Made by a program: the position numbers and the translations under genes
In this document: positions 9,552-19,166 of the stretch, one piece after another
Layout of the letters: every line of letters begins with the position of its first letter
Numbering within the stretch: position 1 is the stretch's first letter
Assembly (NCBI GenBank): GCA_002348185.1
Contig: DDYW01000181.1
Location: 3,153 to 67,152 of the forward strand
Source of the DNA: Candidatus Hydrogenedentes bacterium UBA2224
GTDB lineage: Bacteria > Hydrogenedentota > Hydrogenedentia > Hydrogenedentales > SLHB01
Reading direction: 5' to 3'
Length of the DNA stretch: 64,000 nucleotides
The notes under the pieces: model-generated
Told to the model about the DNA's origin: nothing
Database searches by the model: none
The model's input: the letters and a program-made list of their open reading frames with translations, nothing else

Positions 9552-9656
9552 GCGAAGCGTGGCTTTCAGTGCGTGAACCGTCATTCGGCGCCTCCCGATT
9601 CCATACGCGGGAAGCGCCTTGATATTCTGAGCGCGCCCCCGTAGACTCTCGCGATC

Positions 9657-10898
9657 ATGTTCAAACCTCATTACCGACAGTTTGCGGCGGCGTTTCTCTT
9701 CGACTTCGCGATGGTCTGCGGGTTGACGGCCTCGCCCTTCTATATTTTCAATATCCTGGAGGGCGGCGCGGGCATGTCCGGGGTCATCACGGGCCTGCAA
9801 TGGGCCTTGTACGCCGCGGCGAGCATTGTCTCCGCGCGTTATGTGGGCCGCCTCGCCAACGGGCTGCTGATGGGCATCGTGGGCGCCCTGGGGTTTGCGA
9901 TCCTTTTCCCGCTGGGGGTGGTGATTTCGAATCCGTACTTCTATGTCGCCCTCACCACGGTCGGCATGATATTTCCGGCGCTGTTCTGGCCGGCCATGCA
10001 GTCGTGGGTGGGCGCGGAGCCCGATCCCGCAGTGCGAACGCGGCGTCTGGCCCTCTACAACCTCTCCTGGACCCTCGGGTTGACCTGCGCGCCGTTTGCG
10101 ACCTGGCTCCTCTCGCCTATTGACTACCGGCTGCCGTTCCTGGCTACAGCGCTGGCCGCGGGCGGCGCCGCCGCGCTTGTTGCCAGCCTCCCCCACGAAT
10201 CGCGCATGACCGCTCCGGACGCCGAGGCCACCCGTACCGCCAACCTCGGCCACACCGAACGCAGCGAGGCCCATCTTTTCTCGGCCTGGCTCTCCCTGGT
10301 GCTGGGCAGCACGCTGTTTAACGCCGTGACGGCCGTCTTCAGTTTTCGCATGGAGGAGCTCGCGGAGGCCGGGGCTCTGTGTCTTCTGAGCCCGGACGCG
10401 AGCGCCCCCCTGAGCGCCGAGCCCGTCGTCTATTTCTCCGTCCTGGCCATGATCATGAACGCCATGCGCGCGGGCACCTCCCTGGTCATGGGCCACACCC
10501 ACGTCTGGCAGCACCGGTTCTGGGTGCTGGTGCTTTTCCAGGCCGCTGCCGCGGCGGCATTCTGGGTCTTGTCGTTCACCACGAGTCTCGCCGTGATGAC
10601 CCTGTGCTGCGCCGTCGTCGGCATCGCCGCCGGGGTGTGTTTCTTCGCGAGCCAGTCGTACAGCGTGGCCAATTCCCTCAAGAAACATCAACGGGTATCC
10701 ATCCACGAAGGCATGGTCGGTCTGGGCTCGCTTCTGGGCGCGGTCGGATTCGGTCTGCTCGCCGAGTGGCGCGGCACCCCCTGGCCCTTCGCCAATACCC
10801 CGCTTTTCATCGTTGGGGGGCTTGTGCTCGAAGCGGCGCTGCTCCGCATGGGATACGTGCATGTCCGCAAGAAACTCACCACCAAAGCGCCGGCCTGA
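9657..10898 (+). CDS. polytopic membrane transporter, MFS-like
   Basis: 413 aa with about 12 hydrophobic segments throughout. The family call rests on topology and size, not on a clear signature. Confidence 0.55.
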   Translation: MFKPHYRQFAAAFLFDFAMVCGLTASPFYIFNILEGGAGMSGVITGLQWALYAAASIVSARYVGRLANGLLMGIVGALGFAILFPLGVVISNPYFYVALTTVGMIFPALFWPAMQSWVGAEPDPAVRTRRLALYNLSWTLGLTCAPFATWLLSPIDYRLPFLATALAAGGAAALVASLPHESRMTAPDAEATRTANLGHTERSEAHLFSAWLSLVLGSTLFNAVTAVFSFRMEELAEAGALCLLSPDASAPLSAEPVVYFSVLAMIMNAMRAGTSLVMGHTHVWQHRFWVLVLFQAAAAAAFWVLSFTTSLAVMTLCCAVVGIAAGVCFFASQSYSVANSLKKHQRVSIHEGMVGLGSLLGAVGFGLLAEWRGTPWPFANTPLFIVGGLVLEAALLRMGYVHVRKKLTTKAPA

Positions 10899-11022
10899 GC
10901 CCTCTTCCCGGCCTCGGAGGGACCCCGATGAACATGGGGATGAGCCCGGCAAGACATTTGACGCTTCACAGAGCGTGTGATACTTTCTTGACGATATGCG
11001 GTACACGGTTGGAGCCATTTCC

Positions 11023-11409
11023 ATGGAAAAACGATGCATTCTCTCGAAGAACGGACCTCCTGCCCAGGGCCCCTACTCTCACGCCGTCGCCGCGGGCGGC
11101 CTCCTCTTTGTCTCCGGGCAGGGACCCATCGCGCGCGATGGCAGCGGCGTGAAAAAAAGCAACCTCGAAGACGAAGCGCGCCTGACGCTGACCAACCTCA
11201 AGGTCGTTCTCGAAGACGCCGGCTCCGGGTTGCAGCACGTGGTCAAAGTCACCGTGTACCTGGCCAACATGAGTGATTTCGGCGAGTTCAACGAGATTTA
11301 CATGGAGTATTTCCCGATGACTCCCCCGGCCCGAACCTGTATTCAGGCGGGGAGACTTCCGTTTGACACCCTGGTCGAAGTTGATGCCATCGCGGTCATT
11401 CCGGACTGA
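11023..11409 (+). CDS. ridA: RidA/YjgF/UK114-family reactive-intermediate deaminase
   Basis: The ATG at 11023 follows a GGAG. Motifs GPYSHAVAAGGLLFVSGQ and PARTCIQAGRLPFDTLVEVDAIA are hallmarks of the family. Confidence 0.85.
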   Translation: MEKRCILSKNGPPAQGPYSHAVAAGGLLFVSGQGPIARDGSGVKKSNLEDEARLTLTNLKVVLEDAGSGLQHVVKVTVYLANMSDFGEFNEIYMEYFPMTPPARTCIQAGRLPFDTLVEVDAIAVIPD

Positions 11410-11418
11410 AGAGGCGGC

Positions 11419-12699
11419 ATGAACAGAGGTATGCACAGCCGGTTCCTGTGGATGCTCGTGGCCGTTGTCGCGCTGGCGTCCGCCGTCCCGGGGCACGGGC
11501 AGGAGGCAGAATACACAGCCCCCGAATGGAATGCCCTGGGCGTCGAATACTACGCCGCCGGCGACTGGAACCGGGCCCTCCACTGCTTTCTCGAGGCCGC
11601 CGCGCTGGTCCCCGACAACGAGACCGTCCTGCGAAACCTCTCGAATGCGTACCAGGCGCGCGCCGCCGAACTGGCGGACAGCGGCGACTACAACGGCGCG
11701 GCCCAGCATCTCGAGGAAGCCATCAAAGCCTCTCCGGAAACCCCCCTGCCCCGGATCCAGCTTGGCTCGTACTTTCTCCGCATGTCGCTCGTACAGGATG
11801 CCATTGCCCGGCTTGAAGAGGCCATCCTGCTGGCGCCCGAGAACCTGGATGCCCACGAACTCCTGGGCGATGCGTATTATCAGGACAACGACCTGCCGGC
11901 TGCCCTGGCCCAGTGGGAATTCGTGGCGGAGGTGAATCCCGGACGCGCCGGCCTGCGCGAAAAGCTCGAGAAGGGGTACCGCGAAGACGCCGTCGAGTTT
12001 GATTTCAAAGATCTCAAATCCCGGCATTTTACCATCACGCACGACCCCGAAACCGACCGCGGGCTGCTGCGGCAGACGCTGATGGTTCTGGAGCACGCCT
12101 ACCGCGACATCGGACGCAACTTCGGGAACGTGTATCCCCCCACGCCGATCCTGGTCAATGTGTATATTGCCGATGATTTCAGCCGGGCGACCGCGCTGGG
12201 ACCCCACGTGGCGGCGATTTACGACGGGAAGATCCGGCTGCCGGTCAGCAAGGGAACGGGCGAACGGATCACCGCCGAGGAACTCAAACGCTTGCTCTAC
12301 CACGAATACACCCACGTGGTGGTCCGCTATCTCCTTGCGGAAAACGCCCCCTGGTGGCTCAACGAAGGTTTGGCGGAGACCTTCTCCAACGAACTCACGC
12401 CGCACGACGTCGAATTCCTGCGCCAGGCGTACAACGGCGGAGGCCTGCTCCCGCTTCAGACCATAGAAGCGACCCAGACGGTGATGGACAGCGAGAACGA
12501 GCTCCGGCTGGCCTATCGCCAGTCCCACGCTTCGACGCAGTATCTCTGGCGCCGGTTCGGCGCCCAGGGGCTCTCCCGCATGCTGGACGCCCTCTCGCGC
12601 GGCATCTCCCCGGAAGAGGCCCTGTTGCAGAGCTACAAGCTGAATTATGACCAGTTGGAGAAAGAAGTCATCGCGAGTGTCATCCGAACCGGCTATTAG
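11419..12699 (+). CDS. secreted TPR-repeat protein with C-terminal gluzincin (Peptidase_MA-like) domain
   Basis: The signal peptide is FLWMLVAVVALASAVPGHG. Several TPR-like repeats follow (GDWNRALHCFLEA, GDYNGAAQHLEEA, etc.). Next come the HExxH motif LLYHEYTHVV and the downstream WWLNEGLAE, as in Peptidase_MA_2-type domains. Confidence 0.7.
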   Translation: MNRGMHSRFLWMLVAVVALASAVPGHGQEAEYTAPEWNALGVEYYAAGDWNRALHCFLEAAALVPDNETVLRNLSNAYQARAAELADSGDYNGAAQHLEEAIKASPETPLPRIQLGSYFLRMSLVQDAIARLEEAILLAPENLDAHELLGDAYYQDNDLPAALAQWEFVAEVNPGRAGLREKLEKGYREDAVEFDFKDLKSRHFTITHDPETDRGLLRQTLMVLEHAYRDIGRNFGNVYPPTPILVNVYIADDFSRATALGPHVAAIYDGKIRLPVSKGTGERITAEELKRLLYHEYTHVVVRYLLAENAPWWLNEGLAETFSNELTPHDVEFLRQAYNGGGLLPLQTIEATQTVMDSENELRLAYRQSHASTQYLWRRFGAQGLSRMLDALSRGISPEEALLQSYKLNYDQLEKEVIASVIRTGY

Positions 12700-12788
12700 C
12701 GGTGGCGCAAGGGGCCGGTTCCCCTGTTGCGGGGGGCCACCGGCAGGAGACCGCGAATCTCAGGGCTCATGAAGGCAGGGCATTGACC

Positions 12789-14819
12789 ATGAATCTCCTC
12801 GTACTGCTCCTATCGTTTGCCGCCGTCACGGGCGAGGGTTCCACCCTCTCCGGAAAGGCGCTCACCCCCGACGGGAATCCCGTTCCCCGCGCGCGCGTGT
12901 TTATCGAGCAGGGCCTTGACGGTTCCATCCGCGAGGCCCGCGCCGCCGAAGACGGTTCCTACACCTTCGATCATGTCGAAGCGGGAACCGTCGGCGTATT
13001 TGCGGTTGCCGACGGCTTCGCCTTCGGCGGGCTGAGCATCACCGTGCCGGCCGATGAGCAGGTGGCGGGGTTGACCATTCGACTTCGGCCGCCGGCCACG
13101 CTCTCGGGCCGTGTTGTGAACGACAAAGGCGACGCGGTGGCGGGAGCGCGCATTATCCGCATCGGGCTCATGAATGAACCCCAGGCCGACCACCCCGGGG
13201 CAACCACCAAACTCGGCATTCCCTACGCCAAACTCGAACCGATGGGGTTCCCCCCCATCGTCAGCGACAGCAAGGGACGGTTCACGGTTCCCAATGTGCC
13301 TCGCGAAGGCCTCCTCGCGCTCAAGGTGGCGTGCCACGGCTACGCTCAACAGGGGGTCGCCGAGCTCCACGCCGGCGATGCCAAGGTGGAAGTCGTGCTG
13401 CAGCGGGGCATCCTGATCCAGGGGCGCGTCCTGACCCGTGCCGCGAAGGAACCCCTCAGCGGCGCATTGGTCACCTTGCGTAACGCCCACCCCCCGCACG
13501 ACACCACCGTAACCCGCAGCGACGGCGCGGGCGAATTTGGCGTGCGTCTTCAACCGGGGATCTATCTTTATCGCGCATCGGGCGGGGATTACCGCAGCGC
13601 CGGATGGGAAGAACTCCTGGTTACCGGGCAGCAAAGCACCCAATCGGTGGTAATGTATGCCGTCGGTTACTGTGAGATTCGCGGCAAGGTCGGCAACGCC
13701 GTCACGGGCAATCCCATTCCCGGCGCCCGGGTCGTCCTGCGCACCTTTGACAACCCGGATTCCAGCGTCCGCACCAACACGCAGGGTCAGTACTTCCTGA
13801 AGGGCGTGGAAGGTGAGAACACGGTCATCCTGGAGTCCGCGCCCGGGTATATCCTTCCAGAACGCAACGCGCGGCCGGTCAACGCATCGGAAGGGGAACG
13901 TGTCGAACTCCCGACGTTCTGGGTCGTCCCCACGCCGGAGGTGCAACTGGCCATAGTGGACCAGGCCCTGAACCCGCTGCCGCGATGCGTTGTGTCGCTT
14001 CTTCAGCCGCCCCAGCTCGGGTGGCAAGCGGCCGACAGCGCGGGCCATGCCCCCCTCCACATGGAGCAGATCGCCTCCGAGGGGGTGGTCATGGGCCTCG
14101 CAGAGCACGCCGACTCCAATCTGGGCGCCATCTTCGCCTTCGATGCGCGCGAGACGAAGGAGCCGGTGGTCCAGCTCCTGCCGCTCTCCACGGTGACCGG
14201 ACAGGTCAAGGACGCCTCCGGCTCCTCTGTTTCCGGAGCCATGATCAGTCTCGTCCTCGCGGACGACCAGATGGAGACGCCCGTATGGCGCGCCGCAAGC
14301 GGTCCTGACGGCCGTTTCGAAATCCCGGGCGTGGTTCCGCATGTCCAGCTTCAATGCCTGGTCCACACCCCGCAGCAGCCGGTCAAATCCGAGCCGTTTG
14401 TGGTCGACCCGTCTTCCCGGAAAGACGTGGGCGAACTCGCGGCGCCGGTCTCCCCGGGCAAATCCCTGCGGGGACAGACAGTGAAATGGCAGGACTTCCC
14501 CCGGCTGGCGGGTCCGGAACTCCCGGAAACGGGTCCGCGGACGATCGTGCTTGCATTCGGTCAGCGTGAACGGGCCGAGATGCTCATTGAAGGGTGGCAG
14601 CGCGTGGCCGCGCTGCTGGCCGACCCGCAGGTGGTGTTTGCGGTAGTTCTCGATGCCCCCCTGGAGTCCGCAGCCGAACCGGCCATCCCGGTGCTTCGGG
14701 GCACGGCTCCGGCCAGTGCGACCACCTACGTTGTTTCCGCGGATGGCGCCGTTCTGTTTGAGACCTTTGGCATTCCCCCCGTATCGGCCATCCGGCAATT
14801 TCAGGGAGGTGTACGATGA
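12789..14819 (+). CDS. secreted multi-domain CarboxypepD_reg-like beta-sandwich protein with degenerate thioredoxin-like C-terminus
   Basis: The ATG at 12789 gives the signal peptide MNLLVLLLSFAAVTG. Repeats of the form GKALTPDGNPVPRARVFIE, GRVVNDKGDAVAGARI and GKVGNAVTGNPIPGARVVL recur. The C-terminal ~130 aa aligns by eye with the TlpA-like domain of the next gene but has no Cys. Confidence 0.65.
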   Translation: MNLLVLLLSFAAVTGEGSTLSGKALTPDGNPVPRARVFIEQGLDGSIREARAAEDGSYTFDHVEAGTVGVFAVADGFAFGGLSITVPADEQVAGLTIRLRPPATLSGRVVNDKGDAVAGARIIRIGLMNEPQADHPGATTKLGIPYAKLEPMGFPPIVSDSKGRFTVPNVPREGLLALKVACHGYAQQGVAELHAGDAKVEVVLQRGILIQGRVLTRAAKEPLSGALVTLRNAHPPHDTTVTRSDGAGEFGVRLQPGIYLYRASGGDYRSAGWEELLVTGQQSTQSVVMYAVGYCEIRGKVGNAVTGNPIPGARVVLRTFDNPDSSVRTNTQGQYFLKGVEGENTVILESAPGYILPERNARPVNASEGERVELPTFWVVPTPEVQLAIVDQALNPLPRCVVSLLQPPQLGWQAADSAGHAPLHMEQIASEGVVMGLAEHADSNLGAIFAFDARETKEPVVQLLPLSTVTGQVKDASGSSVSGAMISLVLADDQMETPVWRAASGPDGRFEIPGVVPHVQLQCLVHTPQQPVKSEPFVVDPSSRKDVGELAAPVSPGKSLRGQTVKWQDFPRLAGPELPETGPRTIVLAFGQRERAEMLIEGWQRVAALLADPQVVFAVVLDAPLESAAEPAIPVLRGTAPASATTYVVSADGAVLFETFGIPPVSAIRQFQGGVR

Positions 14820-16657
14820 GGCGCGCGGTGATTCTCTTCCTGGTCCTCGTATGCACCGGCGCAACGGCCATGGAGGTGCGCGGACGCATCCTGGACCCCG
14901 ACGATGCTCCCGTCGCGGGGGCGGATGTCTGGCTCGCCCGCGAGCGGATTGTAACCACGACGAAAACCGACGACGCCGGACAATTCGCGTTTCCCGACAC
15001 CCAGCCCGGGATGTTCACCCTGACGGCCCGCAAACCGGAGTTCGCCCTCACCGGATTGAGCGGGTATATTTTTGACGACCTCGCGGTCGACCTGAACATG
15101 GCCGTCCCCGACACCGTTCGCATCCGCGTGATCGACCATGCGGGGAAGCCGGTCGAAGGGGCGCGCGTCAAACGGATTCTCATCAGCAATGTCTTTGAGG
15201 TTTTTCCCAACGACCTGGTGCCGTACGGATTTCCTTCCATTCGCAGCGATGCGGACGGGGCCATCGCTATCCTCGGGATTCCCCGGGGCAGTTTTGTCTC
15301 GGTAACCCTCGAGCACCGGAAGTACTGTGATCTCGTCCTCCCCTATCTCGTTCCCCATCCCACCCAGCATCCCGCCCAGCTTTATCCGGGCGAGGTTCTC
15401 CGGGGACAAATCACCACCGCCGACACCCGTGGACTGGCCAGCGCCTCGGTGCGCATCTTCCGCAAAGACGAGAACGAGCGGATGCTGCTGTACGACGCAC
15501 TCGCCGACGGCGAAGGCTACTACCGGACCATCATCCCCCCCGGCCGCTATGCGCTGGAAGTGCATCATCCCGACCACCCCAGCGCGGCGCCGCAGGACGT
15601 CGAGATTCGGGACGGAATGGGCGAAACGAGCGTGGACATTTCCCTTCCTCCGCCGCACAGGGTTGAAGGCACCGTGGTCGGTCCCAAAGGCAACCCCTTT
15701 CCGGGCGTCGCGATCAATTACCTCGTGAAGGATTTCGTCCAGGATGAAGCCTTCACGGACAAGGAAGGCATCTACCGGCTCACGGTGGGTCCCGGCGACG
15801 GCCGTGTGCACGTACTCCCGCCGCCCGGATTCATGGCCGCCGACCCGCACGACGTCGGGGTCCGTATCACGACGGTCCCCGTGTCTCAGGTCGGCCCGAT
15901 TGCGCTCAAGCGGCTTCCTGCCCTGCGCGGAAAGGTCCTCAGCGCCGGGGGAACCCCCGAGAAGAACGTGCTGGTTCGGACGCTCTCCCTCAAGACCCCG
16001 TTATTCGCCTTGACGGACGAGGAGGGGCGGTTTGACATTCCTCTGGAGGTATTGCCAAAGGAGGACAGCGTCAAACTCCGCGCGGAACATGCGACGCAGT
16101 TCCTGCGCCGCAACTTCGAGATTGGCGTGCGCAAGCAGGAAGAGGATGTGCAAATCGAGTTGCAGCCATTCGAGCCGGATCTGGCCTCGAACGACCTGAA
16201 AAAGGCGCCCAACGACCTCAGCCAGCTTGTCGATAAAGCCGCGCCGCCGCTGACGTGCAGCGCCTGGCTCGATGAAAAGCCGGTCGCCCTGGCCGATCTG
16301 CGCGGCAAGGTGGTCGTGCTGTTGTTCTGGGCCGGATTTGACCCCTACGGCCGAAATGAAGCCACCCTTTCGGAAGTGCTGCTTCTGCACCGCGCCCTGG
16401 CGGAGTCGGCCGGCGATGTCGCGTTTATCGGGATTCACGACGATTCCGACCCGCTCGAGGTCGTGCGCGAATACGTGGCCGAGCTGGGACTCGGGTTTCC
16501 GGTGGGCATTGATACTTCGCCCATGGTCACGCACCACAGTTACGCGGCGCGGGTCTTGCCCCAGGTCATTTTGATTGATAAACAGGGGCTCCTGCGGTAC
16601 TTCGACGTGGAGGGGCGCTTGTCGGAATTGATCAAGGATCTGCGCCGGCGGCCGTGA
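14816..16657 (+). CDS. secreted CarboxypepD_reg-like repeat protein with C-terminal TlpA/redoxin-like domain lacking CxxC
   Basis: It overlaps the upstream paralog by ATGA and has a GGGAGG RBS. The signal peptide is MRRAVILFLVLVCTGATA, followed by repeats such as GRILDPDDAPVAGADVWL. The C-terminus reads LRGKVVVLLFWAGFDPYG...VLPQVILIDKQG, a thioredoxin fold in which the usual WCxPC is replaced by FDPYG. Confidence 0.7.
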   Translation: MRRAVILFLVLVCTGATAMEVRGRILDPDDAPVAGADVWLARERIVTTTKTDDAGQFAFPDTQPGMFTLTARKPEFALTGLSGYIFDDLAVDLNMAVPDTVRIRVIDHAGKPVEGARVKRILISNVFEVFPNDLVPYGFPSIRSDADGAIAILGIPRGSFVSVTLEHRKYCDLVLPYLVPHPTQHPAQLYPGEVLRGQITTADTRGLASASVRIFRKDENERMLLYDALADGEGYYRTIIPPGRYALEVHHPDHPSAAPQDVEIRDGMGETSVDISLPPPHRVEGTVVGPKGNPFPGVAINYLVKDFVQDEAFTDKEGIYRLTVGPGDGRVHVLPPPGFMAADPHDVGVRITTVPVSQVGPIALKRLPALRGKVLSAGGTPEKNVLVRTLSLKTPLFALTDEEGRFDIPLEVLPKEDSVKLRAEHATQFLRRNFEIGVRKQEEDVQIELQPFEPDLASNDLKKAPNDLSQLVDKAAPPLTCSAWLDEKPVALADLRGKVVVLLFWAGFDPYGRNEATLSEVLLLHRALAESAGDVAFIGIHDDSDPLEVVREYVAELGLGFPVGIDTSPMVTHHSYAARVLPQVILIDKQGLLRYFDVEGRLSELIKDLRRRP

Positions 16658-16689
16658 TGATGCCGCCCATAACAGCGGCCCGCATACAC

Positions 16690-16730
16690 AAAAAACGCGC
16701 GCCCGGCATCCTAAGAAGCACGGGCGCGCG
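16690..16730 (-). terminator. intrinsic terminator downstream of rpsT
   Basis: A perfect 10-bp GC stem (CGCGCGCCCG at 16696-16705 pairing with CGGGCGCGCG at 16721-16730) is followed on the minus strand by a T6 run (16690-16695). Confidence 0.7.
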
Positions 16731-16749
16731 CGGAAAGAGTACCGACGCT

Positions 16750-17016
16750 TCAGGGTTTCATCGCCGCGATGTGGCGTTGCAGGCGCGATTTCTTCCGGGC
16801 AGCATTGTTCGGGTGCAGGACCCGGTTGCTGGCTGCCTTGTCGATTTCCGCCAACGCGGCAGGAGCGAGTTCCTTCACCTTGGCCTCGTCTTTGGCGTCA
16901 ACGGCCGCCAGCACGTTCTTGATGTAGGTACGCACTTTCGACCGAACCGCCTGGTTCTGCTGGCGGTCACGTTCACTGGTTCGAATCCGCTTTTTTGCAG
17001 ATTTGCTGCTCGCCAT
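16750..17016 (-). CDS. rpsT: 30S ribosomal protein S20
   Basis: MASSKSAKKRIRTSERDRQQNQAVRSKVRTYIK...HPNNAARKKSRL is a typical S20 sequence of 88 aa. Confidence 0.95.
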   Translation of the reverse strand: MASSKSAKKRIRTSERDRQQNQAVRSKVRTYIKNVLAAVDAKDEAKVKELAPAALAEIDKAASNRVLHPNNAARKKSRLQRHIAAMKP

Positions 17017-17166
17017 TCTCTGATTCTCCCAAAATGTCCCTGTCGTTGGACCTACTAAACTTCCGCGTTACGCACAAGACGCTACTTTACCAAAAAGAAA
17101 CCGGCGTGTGCAACTTTCGAACGGGCCGTCCTTTCCAGGCTCGCGAAGCCCCGGGCGTCCGGGCCG

Positions 17167-17195
17167 TTGCAATCGAGGGCGCTTCCCGTTATGTT
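17167..17195 (+). promoter_or_regulatory. candidate sigma70-type promoter for the GH130 pair
   Basis: TTGCAA (17167-17172), 17-nt spacer, TATGTT (17190-17195), about 45 nt upstream of the ATG at 17241. Pattern match only. Confidence 0.3.
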
Positions 17196-17240
17196 ACAGG
17201 CACACGAGGCACACGACGGGCATTTACACGAGGAACGGCT

Positions 17241-18176
17241 ATGGGAACACGGCGCGGACCGGACATCGTCTACCGGTGGGAGGGCAATCCAGTGCTCTCC
17301 CCCGAAGACGTCCCCTTCCGCCTGGCCGACATCTGCAATGCAGGCGTGGCGAAGGTACACAACGAATATGTCCTGCTGGTGACCATCCAGGGCCTCAAAG
17401 GGTTTTACTGGATCTACGCCGCCCGCAGCCGGGACGGGTATCACTTTGAAATTGAGGAGACGCCGCTCATGGGGCCCTCCGGCGAACGGCCCGATCCCAG
17501 CGTCGATGAGGAAGGCGTCATGGACGCCCGCGTCACCCCGTTCGGGGATGCCTACTACGTGGTCTACAACGCCGTGGGGCGCAATGGGTACCGCCTGGCG
17601 CTCGCCCAAACCTCCGATTTCCGGTCGATGCAGCGGCTCGGGGCGATCTCGGAACCCGACACGAAAGGCGGGGCGCTGTTTCCGGAGAAAATCAACGGAA
17701 AATTCGTCCGCCTCGAACGCCCCTGGGAAGGCGGCAGCATCTGGATGTCGTATTCGGAGGATCTCGTCTATTGGGGAGAGAGCGTGTTCGTGATGGGACC
17801 GCGCGGCGGTTATTGGGATGGGAACCGGGTCGGCGCGGCGACGCCTCCCATGAGGATCGAGCAGGGATGGCTCTTCCTCTACTACGGCATCAAGGAGACC
17901 TCGGCGGGCCCCCTCTTCCGCCTGGGCGCTGCCATTCTCGATGCGGAGGATCCGCGCAAGGTGAGAGGCCGCACCAACGTGCCGGTGCTTTCGCCCCGCA
18001 CCCTGCTGGAACGCCTGGGCGACGTGCCCAACCTCGTGTTCTCGTGCGGCGCGCTGATTGAGCCCGACAACGAGGTGAAGCTGTACTACGGCGCCGCCAA
18101 CTCGTGCATCTGCCTCGGCGTGACCTCCGTCGAGGACATCGTGCAGGCCTGTTCCGAAAGCAGGAAGGAATTCTGA
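17241..18176 (+). CDS. GH130-family glycoside phosphorylase/hydrolase (beta-mannoside-type), copy 1
   Basis: The ATG at 17241 follows GAGGAA. IVYRWEGNPVLSPEDVPF...ARSRDGYHFE...NAVGRNGYRLALAQTSDF...LYYGAANSCICLG is the GH130 five-bladed propeller pattern. Confidence 0.8.
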   Translation: MGTRRGPDIVYRWEGNPVLSPEDVPFRLADICNAGVAKVHNEYVLLVTIQGLKGFYWIYAARSRDGYHFEIEETPLMGPSGERPDPSVDEEGVMDARVTPFGDAYYVVYNAVGRNGYRLALAQTSDFRSMQRLGAISEPDTKGGALFPEKINGKFVRLERPWEGGSIWMSYSEDLVYWGESVFVMGPRGGYWDGNRVGAATPPMRIEQGWLFLYYGIKETSAGPLFRLGAAILDAEDPRKVRGRTNVPVLSPRTLLERLGDVPNLVFSCGALIEPDNEVKLYYGAANSCICLGVTSVEDIVQACSESRKEF

Positions 18177-19120
18177 TGGTAAGACTGAGGAGTGGCCGCG
18201 ACCTCTTCCATCGCTGGGAGGGCAATCCAGTCCTCGCCCTGGAGGACATGCCTTTCCGCTGCAACACGGTGTTCAACGGCACGCCCGTGAAGATCGGCAA
18301 CGAGTACCTGCTGCTGATCCGGGTCGAGGGTCAGCAGGGCTACTCCTTTTTTGCCCTGGCCCGCAGCCGCGACGGCTATCATTTCGAGGTGCATCCGGAA
18401 CCGGTTCTGCTGCCCGCTCAGGACCGGCCCTGGAATGACTATGAGTGCGGAGGCATCGAGGATCCCCGGGCCACGTTCATTGACGGAACGTACTATGTCC
18501 TGTACACGGCCGTCTCCGGAAGAGGCTACCGGATCGCCCTCGCCCACACCGCGGACTTCCTCTCTTTCCAGCGGCTCGGCTACATCTCCGAACCCGGCAA
18601 TAAGGACGGGGTGCTCTTCCCGGAACGGATAAACGGCCACTACGTCCGGCTCGACCGCCCCTTCGGCAGAGGCATCGGCAGCATCTGGATCTCCTATTCG
18701 AAAGACCTGCTCCATTGGGGCAATTCCAGGGTGCTGTTGGCCCCGCGGCCGGGCTATTGGGACGAGTTCCGCGTCGGCGCCTCCGCCCCGCCCATCCGTA
18801 CCGACGCGGGCTGGCTCGAGATCTACCACGGAACCAAAATGACGTCGTCCGGCCCCATTTACCGCACCGGAACCGCCCTGCTCGACCTCGAAGACCCCTC
18901 CCGGGTCCTCGCGCGCTGTGACGTGCCGCTCCTCTCCCCCAGAACCGACTACGAACGCATCGGCGACGTCGGCAATGTGGTCTTCGCCTGCGGCGCCGTT
19001 GTCGAGCCCGACACCAGCGTCAAGCTCTACTACGGCGCGGCGGACACCTCCGTCTGCGTCGCGACCGCCCGGCTCCAGGACATCGTCGACTGCACCCTCA
19101 ACGGCAGCAGGCCGGTTTGA
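18176..19120 (+). CDS. GH130-family glycoside phosphorylase/hydrolase, copy 2
   Basis: The start overlaps the copy-1 stop (TGATG). LFHRWEGNPVLALEDMPF...ARSRDGYHFE...LYYGAADTSVCVA is collinear with copy 1. Confidence 0.8.
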   Translation: MVRLRSGRDLFHRWEGNPVLALEDMPFRCNTVFNGTPVKIGNEYLLLIRVEGQQGYSFFALARSRDGYHFEVHPEPVLLPAQDRPWNDYECGGIEDPRATFIDGTYYVLYTAVSGRGYRIALAHTADFLSFQRLGYISEPGNKDGVLFPERINGHYVRLDRPFGRGIGSIWISYSKDLLHWGNSRVLLAPRPGYWDEFRVGASAPPIRTDAGWLEIYHGTKMTSSGPIYRTGTALLDLEDPSRVLARCDVPLLSPRTDYERIGDVGNVVFACGAVVEPDTSVKLYYGAADTSVCVATARLQDIVDCTLNGSRPV

Positions 19121-19166
19121 GCCAGGCCATCGAGTCTCTGCGCTGGAATCGCCGGAAAAGACAAAG

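Noticed and set aside
9153-11039. 628-aa minus-strand ORF
   Set aside because: It is antisense to the LolA-like and MFS-like genes. The product is Arg/Gly/His-rich.
10966-12528. 520-aa minus-strand ORF overlapping the RidA and TPR-peptidase genes
   Set aside because: It is antisense to two genes with clear family motifs. Its translation is Arg/Gly/Val/Pro-rich with no motifs, a typical high-GC shadow ORF.
12810-14864. 684-aa minus-strand ORF
   Set aside because: It is fully antisense to the CarboxypepD_reg-repeat gene, which has a signal peptide, an RBS and domain periodicity. The composition is Arg/Gly-rich junk.
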